NCBI GenBank assembly: GCA_039621445.1
Contig: CP154954.1
Span: forward strand, 24,998,954-25,062,953
Reading direction: 5' to 3'
DNA: 64,000 nt
Origin: Euglena gracilis
Taxonomy: Eukaryota
The position numbers and the translations under genes are program-made. Shown one piece after another: positions 60,327 through 64,000 of the stretch (position 1 is its first letter; every line of letters begins with the position of its first letter). The notes beneath the pieces are model-generated. The model searched no databases and was not told the origin of the DNA. It saw nothing but the letters and a program-made list of their open reading frames with translations.

Positions 60327-62050
60327 TGTAACCATGAATTGAGGCCCGGCGCCTGCCCTGTATTTCGTGGGTGTGAACACGAAATACAGGGCGTTATTTT
60401 CAATTCACGAATACAGGCTGTATTCGTGAATTGGGTATTCACGAAATACGGGCTGTATTTCGTGAATTGGATTTTTTTTGTGTTTAAAACAGTTTCTGAA
60501 ACTAGAAACCTCGTTGCATCACATGATCCGAAGCGATTCAGAAAAAAACCAAATGCACAAAGCAAAAGAAAATTGAATGGCATATCCAGGGTGAGAAACG
60601 AAGGCGGTGCACAACCAGTGCAACGTCAGACAGCAAAGTGCTGTGGATTAACGCGGGGAAAGCTAACGTGGTTTGCACGAATGACACACCCATGACCCAT
60701 GTTTGGGCTCATGGCATAAATTCACACAACGCCAGTGGTATGAAAGGGAACAAACATCACACCGCACGCGGTTCATGTCACGACACGGGGAGCGAGGGGG
60801 AACGACCACACCACATCTGGCACACATGGGGGCGGCTGACACAAGGCGGCGTTTTTTGGAGGGAGGGGCATTGGAATTTGTGGACACAGAAACGGCAGGA
60901 AACACAGATGGCAAGTCAGAAAGGTCCTGCGCTACTGCTGCTCCCTCCTCCGCCGGAGGTGCCTCCCATGCCAGCCGCCGCCCCGGAGGATGGTACAAAC
61001 GGGGTTTCTGGCTGAGAAGTGGCGTGCATGCGGGCAAGGGCGTTCAGGTAACCCCTGAACGTGGATGCTTTCAATTGTCGGAATTTGAATGTCTGGCCAC
61101 ATTGGACCCGGCGTTGGTCCTCACATTGCTTGATGACCGCTTGCCCATCAAACAACAGTGGTGGATCAATCAACCAGGCCGCCCACGCACAAAGGAAAGT
61201 GTCCAGTTCGTCGTAGACAGCGCCAAGCGCACTGCACACCTCCTCGAATTCAAGGAGGTGAGCGAATGCGGATTGCTCTGTCCCTTCTGAACCAGATGCT
61301 TTCTTTTTGGTAGCCTCAAACAACAGGTTACCGTGCAGGGGGTCAACAGCAGGTTCTTTCTTTTCTCCCAACCCTGCTTAATGGTGGCCAAAAATTCAGC
61401 AACTTTTGGGGGTTGTGGCAACATTCTGTCCATGGTGTTTGCCGCTTTCTTCGACATTTTTCAGAGAACAGACTGAGGAGAAACACAGTGTGAAGGTGCA
61501 AAAATAGCACTTTTTGCTCTAAAACCGAAAAGCATTGTGGGGGCCTTTGCGGGCCTTTGCTCTTGCCGTTGCTCATCCCCATCGGCGCCCCCCCCCAAAG
61601 TGCCCCCAAATAACTTCGCCTTGCACCCAATAACTTGGCTTTACACTCATATCTCGTTTTCCAGGACCAGGGGTTGGTTATCAATGTGTTCCAGGTCATC
61701 TCGACAATGTTTTCACATTTGGGTTTCAATTCACGGAATACAGGGCGTTATTTTCAATTCACGAATACAGGCTGTATTCGTGAATTGGGTATTCACGAAA
61801 TACAGGCTGTATTTTGTGAATAGGATTTTTAGAAAATTTTGGGCAAAAAAGCGCCCCAAAAGTGCCCTAAACCATGGCGTGAAGCACACCCACGAAATAC
61901 AGGGCAGGCGCCGGGCCTCTTAATTCACGGTTACAAAAAAATCGTGGGCTATAACCCGTACACAGGCCGTATAACGGGTCAAGGGCGCCTACGGCGCCCT
62001 TGACCCGTTATACGGCCTGTATACGGGTTATGCCCACGATTTTTATATAG
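60327..62050 (-). mobile_element. Second, diverged and internally deleted YR/PHD element
   Basis: Inverted repeats 60327-60375 / 61885-61935, hairpin 61936-62045, YR N-terminus (MSKKAANTMDRMLP..) at 61000-61457, PHD finger at 60663-60830. The catalytic domain is absent. Confidence 0.85.
60663..60940 (-). pseudogene. PHD-finger coding region of the second YR element
   Basis: CARC..CDVCSLSYHWRCVNL..PKHGSWVCHSC, homologous to 54047..54469. Confidence 0.8.
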
Positions 62051-62599
62051 TTTCAAGGACATCAGACAGGTTGGTACGACGGGGCATTTTTCCACGTATC
62101 CCGGGGGGGCAATTATTTGGGTTTTTGTTGAAAATCCTTGGGGAGGCTTTTATTCAGGGGGGGGGGGCTATTATTTGGGGGGGTTTGACGGGTGGATTTC
62201 GCCGACATTTAACCCCCCTTGGACAAAATCCTAGCTGACTAGTCGACGGTCGTAAAGATGGTGTCTGGCTGGGTCAAATCACCCAGAAATGGTTTGAATA
62301 GTGTCAAATGAGTGCTCTTCACCATATAAGCATCCAGAGGTAAAATTGCAGGGTCCGTGTGTGGGTCAGTGGGGCTCGGTGAGGCTCCAGAAGGGTAAAG
62401 TACCACTGGCAGACAAGGGTGAAAATGAAAATCCCTTACAAATATTTTGCATTTTGAGGGGGCAGAATACTCCCCCCTGACCTGGGCCTCAATTCGGGCT
62501 ATTTTCTGTGCAAATAACGTTGTGAAGTGGCCTCCTCGGGGGGGGGGGTGCCCCCGCACCCCCATCAAATAGCAAACTCCTGTTGTGCTGACAACCCTC

Positions 62600-63240
62600 T
62601 TGGGGGGTCTGACCCCCCCCCCAAAATAAGACCCCGGTCTTATTTTTGGGTCCGTTGCTGGAAACCTCCAGGGGGGGCCTTATTTTGGGGGGGGTCTTAT
62701 TTTTGGATTTTTTCTTGACCGACCTGCTGGGCCCGAAAAAGCACCATTTTTCAGGTTCCCGCGAGTTCTAAATTTTTTCTTTTGGCGCTTCGCGCCATGT
62801 GTAAATTGGTGTAATTTAACATTTACCCTGTTTTTTTTTCCACTTCAAAAATCTGAATTTTTTTGAAATTTCATCATTTTTGTGCATGAAATTGGGGTTT
62901 TGGGTAATTTTTCATGGAAAAATTTCACCGTCCCCGGCGCTTCGCGCCGTCAAGGGGGGTCTTATTTATGGGGGGGTCTTATTTTTGGATTTTTGCTCAA
63001 TCGGACCAGGGGGGTCTTATTTTTTGGGGGGGTCTTATTTTTGGGGGGGGTTTAGTCCTTGTTGTGGGTGATTTTGACTGGGTTGTGCTTGCCGCTATAT
63101 GGAAAATCTCACGGGCAGAGGTAAAATTTTGCTAAAAAGTGGCAAAAACGGATATTTTTATCCAAAACTATTGCAATATTCACCCCGTCTGGGGGAGGCG
63201 TTTTTCGGGGGTTTTATTTTTTGGGGGGGTTTACATTGTA
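62600..63240. repeat. MITE-like cluster of GGGGGGTCTTATTTT repeats
   Basis: About 8 copies of the motif, one inverted copy (AAAATAAGACCCC) and two GGCGCTTCGCGCC mini-hairpins. Confidence 0.5.
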
Positions 63241-63560
63241 AGGTAAATGCCATCAAGTAAAGATGCATCCCATGCCCTCATTCACAAGAAATGTGAAGCT
63301 CAAGCCAACACTGCAGCATATTCACGGTGCCCTGGGTTTAAGGACGAGAATCGACCAAACAAAGAATTCCGAGGGGAGCGGATCACACTTAAGGAGTCCA
63401 CCGCATCTTTCTGGTTTTGGATCTACAAGATTTATTTATTTGTGCGCAGAAACAAGAAATATTTTTGCTTATGCTTCCTCTTTTCCTTTTGTAAGTGGAG
63501 CGTGACTTTGATGAATGACCAAAGCCGATGTCATTTTCAAAGCATCATGGATGGAATGTT

Positions 63561-64000
<440 letters not shown>

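Overview
Eukaryotic, transposon-saturated DNA with no prokaryotic gene content. Most ORFs in the supplied track are shadow frames of decayed mobile elements. Left to right: (1) two tail-to-tail DIRS1-type tyrosine-recombinase (YR) retrotransposons, one of them complete (1924-6701, with ITRs, ICR, gag, RT/RH, adenine-methyltransferase and YR); (2) a second DIRS family element (6999-41323) split by nested insertions, namely a 24-kb Ty3/gypsy chromovirus (7526-31686) and two copies of a non-autonomous LTR element (12542-20005 and 34804-40419). The chromovirus has a Dam-like methyltransferase domain inside pol and about 5.5 kb of extra sense ORFs after pol. One non-autonomous copy carries an uninterrupted Dam-like methyltransferase ORF; (3) a decayed DDE-transposase-like stretch, gypsy 3' fragments and a CRE-clade (RT+RLE) non-LTR element; (4) a TIR element filled with a 77-bp satellite, into which a YR + PHD-finger element has inserted. 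That element has a ~115-nt terminal hairpin plus asymmetric inverted repeats, and a diverged, internally deleted relative (60327-62050) keeps the same architecture; (5) a probable host C1-domain exon, a tRNA-like relic and a terminal hexamer microsatellite. The best candidates for something undescribed are the hairpin/TIR-bounded YR+PHD element family and the Dam-like methyltransferases carried by LTR retroelements. All protein family calls come from motif recognition by eye; no database search was run.
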